Part shown: one piece after another, positions 28,012 to 37,191 of the stretch | How the letters are laid out: each line of letters begins with the position of its first letter | How positions within the stretch are numbered: position 1 is the stretch's first letter | Assembly (NCBI GenBank): GCA_023404345.1 | Contig: JAEYCB010000025.1 | Span: forward strand, 16,221 to 80,220 | Length of the DNA: 64,000 nucleotides | Direction of reading: 5' to 3' | Source of the DNA: Bacillota bacterium | GTDB taxonomy: Bacteria > Bacillota > Clostridia > Christensenellales > Aristaeellaceae | Notes under the pieces: generated by a model | Seen by the model: only the letters and a program-made list of their open reading frames with translations | Databases searched by the model: none | What the model was told of the DNA's origin: nothing | Program-made: the position numbers and the translations under genes

Positions 28012-28118
28012 GGAAGTGATTTTATAAATCAATCCGAAAGCAGCATGTTAGAGCCGTCCAGTTTTCGTCCCCATCCATCATACCTATTTTCGTGCTATAT
28101 TCCCACTTCCCTAAAGAG

Positions 28119-28646
28119 TCAATACAGGAACATTCCAAAATAAGTGACCGTATTTTGTCCATTTATATACTTGATGTCTGCACAGTTGGCCAGCTTCGCC
28201 ACATGAATTCCAAAGCCCTCCAAAGACGGAAACAACCGTTTTACCTGCCTGCATGGAGCGGAAGGATAGGTGCAGATTTTACACCGTTTGCATCCCTCAT
28301 TGGATAGAAGTAGGAACTCGTGCAGCCAAGGTTTTACCAGTTCATATAATCGGTCACACACATCTTTGAAAGCGCTGTGTCCCTGCATCATTCCTTCATA
28401 GTCAAAGGAATCCTCCAGAGAGTATACAGCATTGAATACCATGGCTGTTTTATACTGAAGGCATCGTGCGCGGCATTCCTTGACAGTTCCCACAGCTGGA
28501 GGGCAGGCCCATGTCGTCCCATACAAACGGCAAACGTTATTTTCGCAAATCTTGCGGATTTCCGGCTCAAAAGGAATCTCGACCGTTGGAATTATCCCAT
28601 ATTCATGGATACCGATTTCTTTCAAATCGCTTTTTTTCAGTATCAT
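28119..28646 (-). CDS. DUF2284-type Cys-rich metal-binding protein
   Basis: NNVCRLYGTTWACPP and CKRCKICTYPSAPC blocks. 175 aa. Confidence 0.65.
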   Translation of the reverse strand: MILKKSDLKEIGIHEYGIIPTVEIPFEPEIRKICENNVCRLYGTTWACPPAVGTVKECRARCLQYKTAMVFNAVYSLEDSFDYEGMMQGHSAFKDVCDRLYELVKPWLHEFLLLSNEGCKRCKICTYPSAPCRQVKRLFPSLEGFGIHVAKLANCADIKYINGQNTVTYFGMFLY

Positions 28647-28682
28647 TCTATTACCTGTTTTCCCAGCCGGACGTTTGCAGCA

Positions 28683-29444
28683 TCAAAGGAACAGCTCACT
28701 TTCTTTCCGCTCAGAGCAAACCTTCTTCAGCATCAGGCTGGCCGCAGAGAGCATGACAGGATTAAGTTTGCGAGCCCCCTGCGGACATACAGCGATACAA
28801 CGCATACAGGAGATGCACGCCTTCTCGTCCACCTTCTTCGGATCTTCCTTGTTGATGGCCTGTACGGGACACTCTGCTGCACAGACGCCACAGTTGGTGC
28901 ACTCTTTTGTTGCTTTGGGCACCATGCCGGCTCCTCCGGCTTTCTTGTAAGGGCGATTACCGGGAATCGCAGGATCTGAAGCGTCTGCCGCAGAGAGTTT
29001 ATGCTGAATCTGTTTGGCAAAATCGGAAAGCTGTGCCGCATCCTGTGCATCAGGCCGACCGGCGGCAAACTGCCGGGCGATGGAATGTTCCGCAATGGCG
29101 GCAACTGCCGCAATCACCTGAAACCCAGCCTGCTTTGCAGCGTCCTCCAGTTCTACCACCGTATCCTCATAGGCACGGTTGCCATAGACACAAACCAGAA
29201 CGGCTCGGGCGCCGTTGCCATGCGCCATGCCCAGCCGCTCTACCGCTACAGCAGGAACACGGCCACCGTAGGACGGCACGGAAATGACTGCTACATCCTC
29301 TTTTGCCAGTGAAATGGCATCAAAGTCCTGCTTGCTGTCGGTTAAGTCAACGGTGATTACGTCTCCCTCCAGTACGCCTGTCAAACAGTCAGCTACCTTT
29401 TTCGTTCCACCTGTTGGGCTGAACACGATGTCATAAAGTTTCAT
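28683..29444 (-). CDS. Flavodoxin-like domain fused to a 2x[4Fe-4S] ferredoxin domain
   Basis: N-terminal MKLYDIVFSPTGGTKKVA (flavodoxin-like). C-terminal CTNCGVCAAECP and CISCMRCIAVCP motifs. Confidence 0.75.
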   Translation of the reverse strand: MKLYDIVFSPTGGTKKVADCLTGVLEGDVITVDLTDSKQDFDAISLAKEDVAVISVPSYGGRVPAVAVERLGMAHGNGARAVLVCVYGNRAYEDTVVELEDAAKQAGFQVIAAVAAIAEHSIARQFAAGRPDAQDAAQLSDFAKQIQHKLSAADASDPAIPGNRPYKKAGGAGMVPKATKECTNCGVCAAECPVQAINKEDPKKVDEKACISCMRCIAVCPQGARKLNPVMLSAASLMLKKVCSERKESELFL

Positions 29445-29499
29445 CAGTATATCCTCCTTTTACTCGCCAATACGCCAGGAATTCATGTAATGTATGTTC

Positions 29500-30215
29500 T
29501 CAGAAAGTTTTGCATCTTCCTGGGACATCTTTTTCAAAAGTTTCGGCCAGCTCCAAAGCTGTCTGATGGAAATGAGACAGGGCAATACCGAAATCCACCT
29601 GTTTAATGATTTTCTCCGCTTTAGAAAGTCCGGGTTTATAATCCACATAAAAGTAATAAGCTGTTTCCGTTTTACGCACCCGCCAAAGCTGTGCATTTGG
29701 GGCCGAGGGCGCCAGCCGCACCATTTCCAGCGGCTGGGCATAGGCTCCGGCCATGTCTTTTGGACAACGGGGTACGAGAATCCGCCTGATAAAACAGTTT
29801 CTTCCATTCCTTTCGAGAGGAAGATTTCATGGTGGAGCGCATCATTGTTTCGGTCAGACTGCGTTTGGCGGCGGGATATCCCACCGGAGAAATCGCCAGA
29901 AACAGTGAATCTTCATGACAGAAGCAAAGCTGTCCCGATTGAATGTCGCCGCCAACCATACCGTACCCAGTCCCATATGAGTGGCCGCCAGGATCAGATT
30001 TTCGAATTCATATCTGGCCGCCAATGGCGCCTGCTCCGTATCCGGGATAGGAACCCCGAGGAAGGTACTCGCCCCCCTTGATGACGCCGCAGGTTCCCAG
30101 CTTTTCATCATCTGCATTCAGCATCGACTGGAAAGATAAAATTGCTTCGTCCAATGAAATTCGTTGTTTTGGATGCACGTCTCATAAGCAATGCACCTAC
30201 CGTGTGGTCTAGTGT
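29500..30215 (-). pseudogene. TM1586-type putative nitroreductase, disrupted by at least four frameshifts
   Basis: Family blocks are spread over three frames of the minus strand: MRRASKTTNF.. / DDEKLGTCGVIKGGEYL / YEFENLILAATHMGLGTVWLAATFNRDSFASVM / ISPVGYPAAKRSLTETMMRS / AQPLEMVRLAPSAPNAQLWRV..VDFGIALSHFHQTALELAE. The 5' limit is approximate. Confidence 0.6.
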
Positions 30216-30542
30216 GTAAATCAAAACCACGTTGAAAAATGCAAGCAATGTTCCAGTTTCCCATGTGGCAAAATAAAGGATATGCTCTTGTATTCCGCTG
30301 AACACGAGAAATAGAATTTTATCAACATGTCCTGTTTTATCACAGAACCTTTACCAGCAAAGCATATGTAGGCCCCTGATTTGAAATCAGAGCATATTGG
30401 GGAGCACCTTTTGGCATTGCTACATAAACTGACGTACAGGCTTTTTTGATCACCAATTTCCCTGATTATACCGGGGCCTTCTTTAACTATGGCACAACGC
30501 CATTTCTTTCAGCAATTTGTATTATCAGCCGCATACTTTCTG

Positions 30543-31130
30543 CTATTCCTTCACAGCCTGATTCTGCGCCGTTGGGCAAAACAGCACCATCAGATTTTCT
30601 CTTGCCTGGGTCAGCAGATCAAATTGCCCTCTTGCTACGCACCAATTGATAATCACGCTATTGGTTAACAAAATAGCAGCCATTGCCAGTCGTTCAGGTT
30701 CTGCCCGGTTGGAGATCAACCCCTCCGCTTGGGCGTAACCAATTAACTCTTGCGCTGTACGGCGCTCCTGAGCGTAAAGCACCTTCAAATCTTCAGATTC
30801 GCTTTCCATGCTTAACCGGCGCTTATAGTATTGCGCTGTAAGCATCCAACCACTTCGTTCAGCCCGCTGAGCGCACATGGTACATGTCACCAGAACGCGC
30901 TCCATCAAATCGTGTGTGGCAGCAAGGGCAAAGAGCTCCTTATTTCTCGGGCGCATATCATGCATCCGAAGACAGTCCATCAGCTCCTCCTTGGTTTTAA
31001 AGTGATAATAGAAGGTGCTGTTCGCCACTTCGGCATTCTGGCAAATGTCTTTAATCGTCACGTTTTCAAAACTTTTTTCTGAAAATAGAGACAAAGCGCT
31101 TTGAATAATGCGGTCACGATTTTTACTCAT
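30543..31130 (-). CDS. TetR/AcrR-family transcriptional regulator
   Basis: N-terminal HTH IIQSALSLFSEKSFENVTIKDICQNAEVANSTFYYHFKTKEEL. The ATG overlaps the apbE stop (ATGA). Confidence 0.85.
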   Translation of the reverse strand: MSKNRDRIIQSALSLFSEKSFENVTIKDICQNAEVANSTFYYHFKTKEELMDCLRMHDMRPRNKELFALAATHDLMERVLVTCTMCAQRAERSGWMLTAQYYKRRLSMESESEDLKVLYAQERRTAQELIGYAQAEGLISNRAEPERLAMAAILLTNSVIINWCVARGQFDLLTQARENLMVLFCPTAQNQAVKE

Positions 31131-32368
31131 GGTACGCCTCCATCCTCTTTGTCTTTAAAAAGGGAACCGGTATAGATTGCTTCTCCCTGCTCCCCCATAG
31201 CAGATGCCTGTAGGTAAGCGTTGTCCTCCAAGCGAAGTGCGGAATCCGGAAGGTTGGAAAACACCTCTAAATTGGGATATCCCGTCTCAAAAAAAACCAT
31301 TACTGCAGATTGATCGTTAAAGGATTCATTTACATATTTCATTGCCGCTGTGGGTCCCATCACGCAAAGTGCGGTGCTCAGAGCATCATTGTAAGCTGCA
31401 CTCGGCCCCAAAAGCGTTACGCTGGCGATCCCCCTCTGTGGCTCGCTTTCATTGGGCATGTTGATGGGATATCCCGTACGCGGATCAATAATGTGGCAAT
31501 AGATAATGCCATCCAGCGTATAGGTATGGTTGGCGTCGGAGCTGGTGGACACTGTGGTATCTTGTGCAAACACAGTCGCAAAATGGCTTTCGCCGCTATG
31601 ACCGGTACGCGGCTTAGCCAGTGTAAGGCCATAGTCACCTTCCGGCCTTGCCAAGAGAGAAATAGAACTGCCGCCACATACGAAGTGACCTTGTGTAAAA
31701 CCCATCTGTGCCAGCTGGCTGATCACCATGTCACAAGCGAATCCTTTGGCAATACCGCCCAAATCCAATTGAGCCTGAAATGTGTTGCCATCGACTGTAA
31801 CAGGCGGTGTGTTTTTTTGCAGTCTCCAGCCAGTCATCTCATCCCCCAAAAGTGTTATGCTTTCCATCCCGACCAGTTTTTGTAACCCCTGAATATAACG
31901 CACGTCAGGCAGCGGAAGCTTTCCATTCACATAGGCACGGTCGTAAGGCTGCGAGGGTTTGTATGCGTTTTGGTTGAAACGTGGAGAAAAGCCCCAAAGG
32001 TCCACCAATGGATAAACCGTCGGATCATATAACCCGCCAGTCTTTTCAAATGCCGTACGCGCAATCTGAAATAGCTGTGCGGTAATATTGCTCACAGAAC
32101 AGCTCTCGCCATATGCTAACCGGTTGAAACGGGACACATCCGATTCGGCTTCCGACAGCGATACAGCCTTCTGTACCTGCTCCAGCGTTTGCTTTACCAT
32201 CTGCCATGCCCGATCAAAGGCTGATGCATCCTCCGTATAGAGAAACAGCGCACTGACAGTGGAAAAATACTCATCCGTATGCTTGCTCTTCACCGTCTCT
32301 CCCAGTGCAGGCCGAAGCGCGAGCAGCATGAGAACCGTCCACACGATACACCACGCACGCTTTTTCAT
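31127..32368 (-). CDS. apbE: Exported FAD:protein FMN transferase (ApbE family)
   Basis: Signal peptide MKKRAWCIVWTVLMLLALRPALG/ET. ApbE block DLGGIAKGFACD. 413 aa. Confidence 0.85.
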   Translation of the reverse strand: MKKRAWCIVWTVLMLLALRPALGETVKSKHTDEYFSTVSALFLYTEDASAFDRAWQMVKQTLEQVQKAVSLSEAESDVSRFNRLAYGESCSVSNITAQLFQIARTAFEKTGGLYDPTVYPLVDLWGFSPRFNQNAYKPSQPYDRAYVNGKLPLPDVRYIQGLQKLVGMESITLLGDEMTGWRLQKNTPPVTVDGNTFQAQLDLGGIAKGFACDMVISQLAQMGFTQGHFVCGGSSISLLARPEGDYGLTLAKPRTGHSGESHFATVFAQDTTVSTSSDANHTYTLDGIIYCHIIDPRTGYPINMPNESEPQRGIASVTLLGPSAAYNDALSTALCVMGPTAAMKYVNESFNDQSAVMVFFETGYPNLEVFSNLPDSALRLEDNAYLQASAMGEQGEAIYTGSLFKDKEDGGVP

Positions 32369-32409
32369 ACCTTTCCTCCCCTGCGCAGCAAAACGGCTTT
32401 ATGGTTTTT

Positions 32410-32439
32410 ATTATACATGAAAGCATAATACAAAAGCAA
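32410..32439 (-). promoter_or_regulatory. Promoter TTGCTT-18-TATAAT for apbE-tetR
   Basis: On the minus strand, TTGCTT is at 32439-32434 and TATAAT at 32415-32410. Confidence 0.5.
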
Positions 32440-32491
32440 GTTATATATAGCGAACTACAAATATTATTCATATAAATATTAAAAAAATGAA

Positions 32492-32520
32492 TTGACAACA
32501 GATTGGCAATACAGTATACT
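32492..32520 (+). promoter_or_regulatory. Promoter TTGACA-17-TATACT for the exported nitroreductase / tandem FMN_bind operon
   Basis: TTGACA at 32492-32497 and TATACT at 32515-32520. Confidence 0.65.
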
Positions 32521-32525
32521 GTATT
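32508..32525. promoter_or_regulatory. Perfect 18-bp palindrome AATACAGTATACTGTATT overlapping the -10 box (candidate TetR operator)
   Basis: The palindrome is read directly. Assigning it to the adjacent TetR regulator is an inference. Confidence 0.5.
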
Positions 32526-32571
32526 CCACAATCGTTAAAGATTGCACAAAGGGAAAGGAGAATTGGAAACC

Positions 32572-33360
32572 ATGAAAAAACGCCTTGTAACTATGATGTT
32601 GGTTGTCATGATAGCGCTGTTGCCGGTTCTGGCAGTCGCCGAGGAAGCCTCCTTTGACGCATCTGGCCTGATTGACTGGTTCAACGAGAGCAACACCTGG
32701 ATGACGGTAGCCAACGGTCACTGGTCTTCTGATCCGGCCGATCAGATCAGCGACGAAGAGCTGGCCAAAGTGTTCAGCATGGCCGTGAAGCAGCAGAACG
32801 CCGTGCACTGGACGCCGTGGTATTTCATTGTGGTCAAGGATGTGGAAGAGCAGCGCAAAATCATTGGCGATGCCTGGGGCGACCCCAACGACATGGCCAC
32901 CGAGGGCACTGTTACCATCCTTGTGCTGGCGGACCAGATTATGACCGCAGAAGAAGGCCATGCCAGCGAATATGATGGCTACTATATGCCCACGACTTTT
33001 GCCTACTATGACACCGGCCTCACCTGCGGCCTGATGGAAGTTGCTCTGGCCTCTCTGGGCTACCAGACGCATTACTTTGGCACCATCAACGGCGAATATG
33101 CGCCCAAGGACCTGGCTGATGGCAAATATCAGTCCATGAGCCGCTACCTCAAGGATGATTATCAGCGCGTATGGGGCTTCCCCAACGCTTATGAAGGCGA
33201 AATCAGCGAGACCAGCGTATACCCCGTCGAGGGCAACTGCGTGTTCGTGGCGGCCATCGTAGTGGGCAAACCCGCTGCCGACGAAACCATTGAAACCTGG
33301 GGCACCAATCATGCCCGTCCGGACAACTGGGTCATCTGGGACGGAGTGCCCAACGAATAA
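32572..33360 (+). CDS. Sec-exported nitroreductase-fold protein
   Basis: Signal peptide MKKRLVTMMLVVMIALLPVLAVA/EE. Nitroreductase-like core (AVKQQNAVHWTPWYFIVVKDVEEQRKI ... VFVAAIVVGKP). GGAAAGGAG SD. Confidence 0.6.
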   Translation: MKKRLVTMMLVVMIALLPVLAVAEEASFDASGLIDWFNESNTWMTVANGHWSSDPADQISDEELAKVFSMAVKQQNAVHWTPWYFIVVKDVEEQRKIIGDAWGDPNDMATEGTVTILVLADQIMTAEEGHASEYDGYYMPTTFAYYDTGLTCGLMEVALASLGYQTHYFGTINGEYAPKDLADGKYQSMSRYLKDDYQRVWGFPNAYEGEISETSVYPVEGNCVFVAAIVVGKPAADETIETWGTNHARPDNWVIWDGVPNE

Positions 33361-33428
33361 GCCATCATGGCTTTGGGGGCTTCCTTTTCCGGAAGCTCCT
33401 ATTTCATTGTAAATTAAGGAGAAAAAAG

Positions 33429-34094
33429 ATGAAAAAGATCTTATCCCTGATTCTGTGCGGATTGCTGCTGACCATGGGAACCGCTCTGGCGGAGCTCGCC
33501 TTTGAACCAAATGTATATACCGGTGTTGGCGAGGGCATGGGAGGCGATGTGACCGTTGAAGTCACCTTCAGCGAAAACGCCATTGAGGAAGTCAAGGTTG
33601 TTTCCCATACGGAAACCCCCGGTATCAGCGACCCGGCCATCGAGCAGATTCCCTCCGCCATCGTAGAGGCGCAATCGCTGGATGTTGACGCCGTAGCAGG
33701 CGCAACGATAACCAGTAAGGCCATTGTCCAGGCCGTCGAGGATTGCGCCGTCCAGGCCGGCGCAGATCTTTCCCTGTTGAAAAGCGAAGTTGAGCTTCCG
33801 GAAAACACCTATGAAGGCGTGGGCAAGGGAATTGGCGGCGAAGTAAAGGTTTGGCTTGAGGTTGTAGACGGAAAAATGGTTTCTCTCACTGTTACAGAAC
33901 AGTCCGAAACCGAATTTGTCGCCGGCCCCGCGCTGGAGAAGATTCCCGCCGCCATTCTGGAGGCCCAGTCCTTTGACGTTGACGCAGTCACGGGCGCGAC
34001 GGTAACCAGCCGCGCGATCATTGACGCCGCAAAGGACGCAGCCGCAAAGGCCGGTTTGGATGTCGAGGCCATGAGTCCCGAGGAAGAAGAATAA
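33429..34094 (+). CDS. Exported protein with two FMN_bind domains (PplA-like flavinylation substrate)
   Basis: Signal peptide MKKILSLILCGLLLTMGTALA/E. Two repeats each end in a flavinylation-type motif: DVDAVAGATITSKAI and DVDAVTGATVTSRAI. Confidence 0.8.
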   Translation: MKKILSLILCGLLLTMGTALAELAFEPNVYTGVGEGMGGDVTVEVTFSENAIEEVKVVSHTETPGISDPAIEQIPSAIVEAQSLDVDAVAGATITSKAIVQAVEDCAVQAGADLSLLKSEVELPENTYEGVGKGIGGEVKVWLEVVDGKMVSLTVTEQSETEFVAGPALEKIPAAILEAQSFDVDAVTGATVTSRAIIDAAKDAAAKAGLDVEAMSPEEEE

Positions 34095-34112
34095 CCGTTC
34101 CCTAACGTTAAG

Positions 34113-34146
34113 GGCGCATCTGCCGCACGGGCAGATGCGCCTTTAC
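34113..34146 (+). terminator. Rho-independent terminator
   Basis: GCGCATCTGCC-GCAC-GGGCAGATGCGC followed by CTTTAC. Confidence 0.7.
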
Positions 34147-34489
34147 TATATCAAAAAAGCTCCCCCTCAACGGCTTTTGCTAACCGGGTACTTTTCTCCG
34201 CCGCCTTACTTTTCCCTCCATTCACACCATTGGGAACCAACAGGCTGTTTCAGGATTGCTTCTTTTTCCTAGGTGGTCATTTTGATGAACCAGGAGGCTG
34301 TTTCTCTGGCGAATGCGTACCCTCTCCCATTCATATAGCTCTGCTCCTACGCTTTTTATTCATTATTGGACAGACAGCTTTTCCCGTGCTTTTATGCCTG
34401 TGTTTTCCAAGCAGGCGGAGAGCATCGAAGTTTTCCTGTCTTCGACCGCTGATCAGTGTCATTTCTTCTTTCTGCTTTTTTCCCGGAAC

Positions 34490-34501
34490 GAAAGCGCTTT
34501 C
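34490..34501. promoter_or_regulatory. LacI/CcpA-type operator-like palindrome GAAAGCGCTTTC
   Basis: A perfect 12-bp palindrome 12 nt upstream of the -35 box. It matches the core of the TGAAAGCGCTTTCA-type operators of LacI-family regulators. Confidence 0.45.
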
Positions 34502-34512
34502 CTATTCTTTCG

Positions 34513-34541
34513 TTGACACAATCGGCACGATTTGCCATAAT
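34513..34541 (+). promoter_or_regulatory. Promoter TTGACA-17-CATAAT for the maltodextrin-type operon
   Basis: TTGACA at 34513-34518 and CATAAT at 34536-34541. Confidence 0.6.
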
Positions 34542-34594
34542 ACAGACAAAAGCGGCCGCCAGTTTTGAAAAGTTGATGGGTCAGGAGGTATCGT

Positions 34595-35773
34595 ATGATG
34601 AAAAAGTGCCTTTGTTTGTTGCTTTCCTTGACGATGCTGTGCCTCTCTGCGGGCGCGGCCTTTGCGGAAACTGTCGCACTAAAGGTATGGGGCAGCCAGG
34701 AGGACCAGGAGCTGCTGGCCGAGCTGTGCCAGGCTTTCGCGGCAGAGCATCCCGAAACCACTTATGAATTTACTTACGGCGTCGTGGGCGAGGCGGATGC
34801 CAAGGCCCGCTACCTGGAGGACCCAGCGGCGGCTGCCGACGTGTTCTCCTACCCTGACGACCAGATCATCGACCTGGTGAACGCCGACGCGCTCTACGAG
34901 GTCACCCGCAACCATGACGCCATCGTGGCCGCCAACTCCGTGGGCTCGGTCAACGCGGCTTCTGTCAATGGTGTGCTGTACGGCTACCCCATGACTGCCG
35001 ATAATGGCTACTTCCTTTACTATGATAAGTCCGTCGTCTCCGACGAGGATGCCAAGTCCTTTGACACGCTGCTGGCTGCCGCCGAAAAGGCCGGCAAGAA
35101 GGTCCAGATCGATATTTCCAATGGCTGGTACCTGGCGGGATTCTTCCTGGGCAATGGCTGCACGCTCACGCTGGATGGAAACGGCAACCAGATCTGCGAC
35201 TTCAACAGCGAAAAGGGTTTGAAAGCTGCCGAGGCCATACGCGCCATCTGCAACCATCCCGCCTATACCAGCGGCGACGACACCGTGCTGCAGGGAGGAA
35301 TGGGCGACGCCATTTGTGCCGGCATCAGCGGCACATGGGTAGCGGCGGCCATTAAGGAAAAGCTGGGCGAAAACTACGCCGCCGCCAAGCTGCCTACCTT
35401 CACTGTAGACGGCCAGCAGGTACAGATGGGCTCCTTCCTGGGCTGCAAGATCATCGGTGTGAATACCCAGACCCAATATCCCGTGGAGGCTATGGAGCTG
35501 GCAGAATACCTGACCAGCGAACAGGCGCAGATCCGCCGCTACGAGGTGCGGGGCTATGGTCCCTCCAACCTGAATGCCGCCGCGTCCGAAGCGGTTTCTG
35601 CCGATGTGGCTCTCTCCGCGCTGGCAGCACAGAGCGAATTTGGTGTAAGCCAGCATGTGCTGGGTGCATTCTGGACACCTGCCGAGGCCTTCGGCGCAGA
35701 ACTGGAAGCTCACTCCGAAGCCGACCTGCAAACGCTTTTGGACCAGTTTGTCAGCCAGGTCACGGCGCAGTAA
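34595..35773 (+). CDS. Extracellular solute-binding protein (maltodextrin/cyclodextrin-binding type)
   Basis: Signal peptide MMKKCLCLLLSLTMLCLSAGAAFA. SBP family 1 layout similar to MalE/MdxE. AGGAGG SD. Confidence 0.8.
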   Translation: MMKKCLCLLLSLTMLCLSAGAAFAETVALKVWGSQEDQELLAELCQAFAAEHPETTYEFTYGVVGEADAKARYLEDPAAAADVFSYPDDQIIDLVNADALYEVTRNHDAIVAANSVGSVNAASVNGVLYGYPMTADNGYFLYYDKSVVSDEDAKSFDTLLAAAEKAGKKVQIDISNGWYLAGFFLGNGCTLTLDGNGNQICDFNSEKGLKAAEAIRAICNHPAYTSGDDTVLQGGMGDAICAGISGTWVAAAIKEKLGENYAAAKLPTFTVDGQQVQMGSFLGCKIIGVNTQTQYPVEAMELAEYLTSEQAQIRRYEVRGYGPSNLNAAASEAVSADVALSALAAQSEFGVSQHVLGAFWTPAEAFGAELEAHSEADLQTLLDQFVSQVTAQ

Positions 35774-35838
35774 CGGACCGAAAGGGCTGCTTCGAAGGCG
35801 GGGCAGCCCTTTGCCTTTGACCAGAGGGAGGGAAAGTC

Positions 35839-37191
35839 ATGAAGCGCGTAGGTGATCGCACCGCAGAAATCCTCATGCATGGAAATTGCTGGACGCGCCT
35901 GTCCGCACTGGCGATGGGCACAGGTTGCCTGCGCCATGGGCAAATTGCCAAAGGTCTGTTATATCTGATCTTTGAGGTGCTGTACTTTCTGTTTTTTTTC
36001 AGCTTCGGCTGGCCGTATCTGAGCCGCTTCCCCACGCTTGGCACTTCGGCGCAGCGCCGGGTATGGGATGAAGCGGCGCAGATCTACCGCCGTGTGCCCG
36101 GTGATAACTCCATGCTGATTCTGCTTTTCAGCGTGCTCACCCTTGCGTCCATCATTCTGTTTGCTGCCGTGTGGCGACTGAATCTGAAAAGCGCCTGGGC
36201 GCTTGAGCAGAAGGCAGAGCGGCACGAGCACATCAACTGCTTCCGCGAGGACATGAAAACATTACTGGACGAACGCTTCCATGTAACACTTCTGTCCATG
36301 CCCATGCTCACGCTGGTGCTCTTTACCGCGCTGCCCATCGCCTTTATGATCCTCATCGCCTTTACCAACTTCGACTCCACGCACCAGCCGCCGGGCCAGC
36401 TCTTCACCTGGACAGGACTGACGAATGTAACGGATGTGTTCCTTGGCAACGAGGTCAAAACCCGCACCTTCTTTGGGATTCTCGGCTGGACGCTGGTGTG
36501 GGCCGTGCTGGCTACCTTTACCAACTACATTCTTGGGATGCTTTTGGCAGTGGTCATCAACCACCGGGTGGTACGGCTCAAAAAGCTGTGGCGCACCTGC
36601 TTTGTCATCGCCATCGCGGTGCCGCAGTTCGTAAGCCTCCTGCTGATCTCACGGGCGCTGGAGCCGCAGGGATCCGTCAACGTCGCGCTGATGGCGCTGG
36701 GCTGGATTGACGCGCCTCTTCCCTTCCTGACCGACCCCACGCTGGCGCGCGTGGTCGTGGTGGTAGTAAATATGTGGATCGGCATTCCCTATACCATGCT
36801 CACCTTCAGCGGCGTGCTGCTCAACATTCCCTCCGACCTGTACGAAAGCGCACAGATGGATGGTGCCGGACCCGTGCGGCAATTCGTATCCATTACGCTG
36901 CCCTATATGGTGTTTATCACTGCACCCGCGACTATCACCACCTTCGTTACCAACATCAACAACTTCAACGTCATCTATCTTCTCACCGCCGGTGGCCCCT
37001 TCTCCCTGGACTATTATCAGGCCGGCAAGACCGATCTGCTGGTCACCTGGCTCTACAAGCTGACCGTGGACCAGCATGATTACGCGCTGGCCTCCACCAT
37101 CGGCATCTTCATCTTCATGCTCGTCTCCTCCTGCTCCCTCGCTGTTTATAACCGCACCGGAGCCATTCGAAGGGAGGATCAGTTCCAATGA
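35839..37191 (+). CDS. Sugar ABC transporter permease (MalF-like)
   Basis: 450 aa polytopic protein with an EAA-loop region (ESAQMDGAGPVRQFVSITLP). Confidence 0.85.
   Translation: MKRVGDRTAEILMHGNCWTRLSALAMGTGCLRHGQIAKGLLYLIFEVLYFLFFFSFGWPYLSRFPTLGTSAQRRVWDEAAQIYRRVPGDNSMLILLFSVLTLASIILFAAVWRLNLKSAWALEQKAERHEHINCFREDMKTLLDERFHVTLLSMPMLTLVLFTALPIAFMILIAFTNFDSTHQPPGQLFTWTGLTNVTDVFLGNEVKTRTFFGILGWTLVWAVLATFTNYILGMLLAVVINHRVVRLKKLWRTCFVIAIAVPQFVSLLLISRALEPQGSVNVALMALGWIDAPLPFLTDPTLARVVVVVVNMWIGIPYTMLTFSGVLLNIPSDLYESAQMDGAGPVRQFVSITLPYMVFITAPATITTFVTNINNFNVIYLLTAGGPFSLDYYQAGKTDLLVTWLYKLTVDQHDYALASTIGIFIFMLVSSCSLAVYNRTGAIRREDQFQ

Noticed and set aside
34150-34470. Possible remnant of an acyltransferase-3 gene on the minus strand (short frame MTLISGRRQENFDALRLLG...)
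   Set aside because: Only about 15 residues resemble the family N-terminus. No continuing hydrophobic frames could be followed, so this is too weak to call.
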